Shown here: positions 63,654 to 64,000 of the stretch, one piece after another
Layout of the letters: each line of letters begins with the position of its first letter
Position numbering within the stretch: position 1 is the stretch's first letter
Assembly: GCF_030028105.1 (NCBI RefSeq)
Contig: NC_092370.1
Location: forward strand, 82,294,969-82,358,968
DNA: 64,000 bases
Origin: Mobula birostris
Lineage: Eukaryota
Direction: 5' to 3'
Position numbers and translations under genes: made by a program
Notes under the pieces: model-generated
The model's input: only the letters and a program-made list of their open reading frames with translations
What the model was told of the DNA's origin: nothing
The model's database searches: none

Positions 63654-64000
63654 AGAATTGTTGGCCTTATCACTAAAGCCCAAGAATTTGACGTTTCTTA
63701 CTTGGGTTTTTGTTTCAGGTCACAATCCTGAACAATGTCCTTACTTGACTGGTCTAGTCCAGGCTATCTGATCAGCATCAGGTTCCTACTCAAATATATC
63801 AGAACTACTGCAGGGGAAAAAAAAGTACAGCAATTAACTGCTGGAAAATTGATTGTTCCTTGTTCCAAAACAGACATTTGAGATACATGGGAATGGATGT
63901 ATGTAATTCTGTCTGATTATTTTCAGAATTTAGTATTGTTACAGTTCAGTGAATGTTATGAATAGCATATCTTCAATTGCATATGTTGAAGATAAATCTT

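Noticed and set aside
1-64000. CRISPR arrays, operons, rRNA or true tRNA genes
   Set aside because: Vertebrate intronic DNA with no regularly spaced repeats; the tRNA-like boxes belong to SINE heads.

Overview
This is eukaryotic, repeat-rich, AT-rich vertebrate DNA. The repeat inventory (CR1 with esterase ORF1, Rex1/Babar LINEs, V-SINEs, Deu-domain SINE remnants, Penelope-derived hairpins) points to a cartilaginous fish, probably a ray; this is an inference. The whole window lies inside VPS13B (COH1) on the + strand. Three consecutive coding exons (37608-37811, 47657-47780, 48563-48706) splice in frame with canonical AG/GT sites, and the rest is intron. The introns hold a near-complete CR1 LINE, a second decayed full-length CR1, a complete IR/DR Tc1 transposon, a deleted Gypsy element, a solo LTR with two nested insertions, Tigger and hAT derivatives, and many LINE/SINE fragments. 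The most interesting signal is a dispersed set of short fold-back elements carrying minimal type I hammerhead-ribozyme cores (CUGAUGA...GAAACGUC). They look Penelope-derived, have 12-15 bp target-site duplications and copy-specific inversion centres, and belong to two unrelated families. Other leads are a candidate in-frame 33-nt VPS13B micro-exon, Rex LINE copies with inverted self-duplications at their 5' junctions, and an RTE-derived element with an HDV-ribozyme-like remnant. All calls were made by eye, so family names and decayed-repeat boundaries are approximate.
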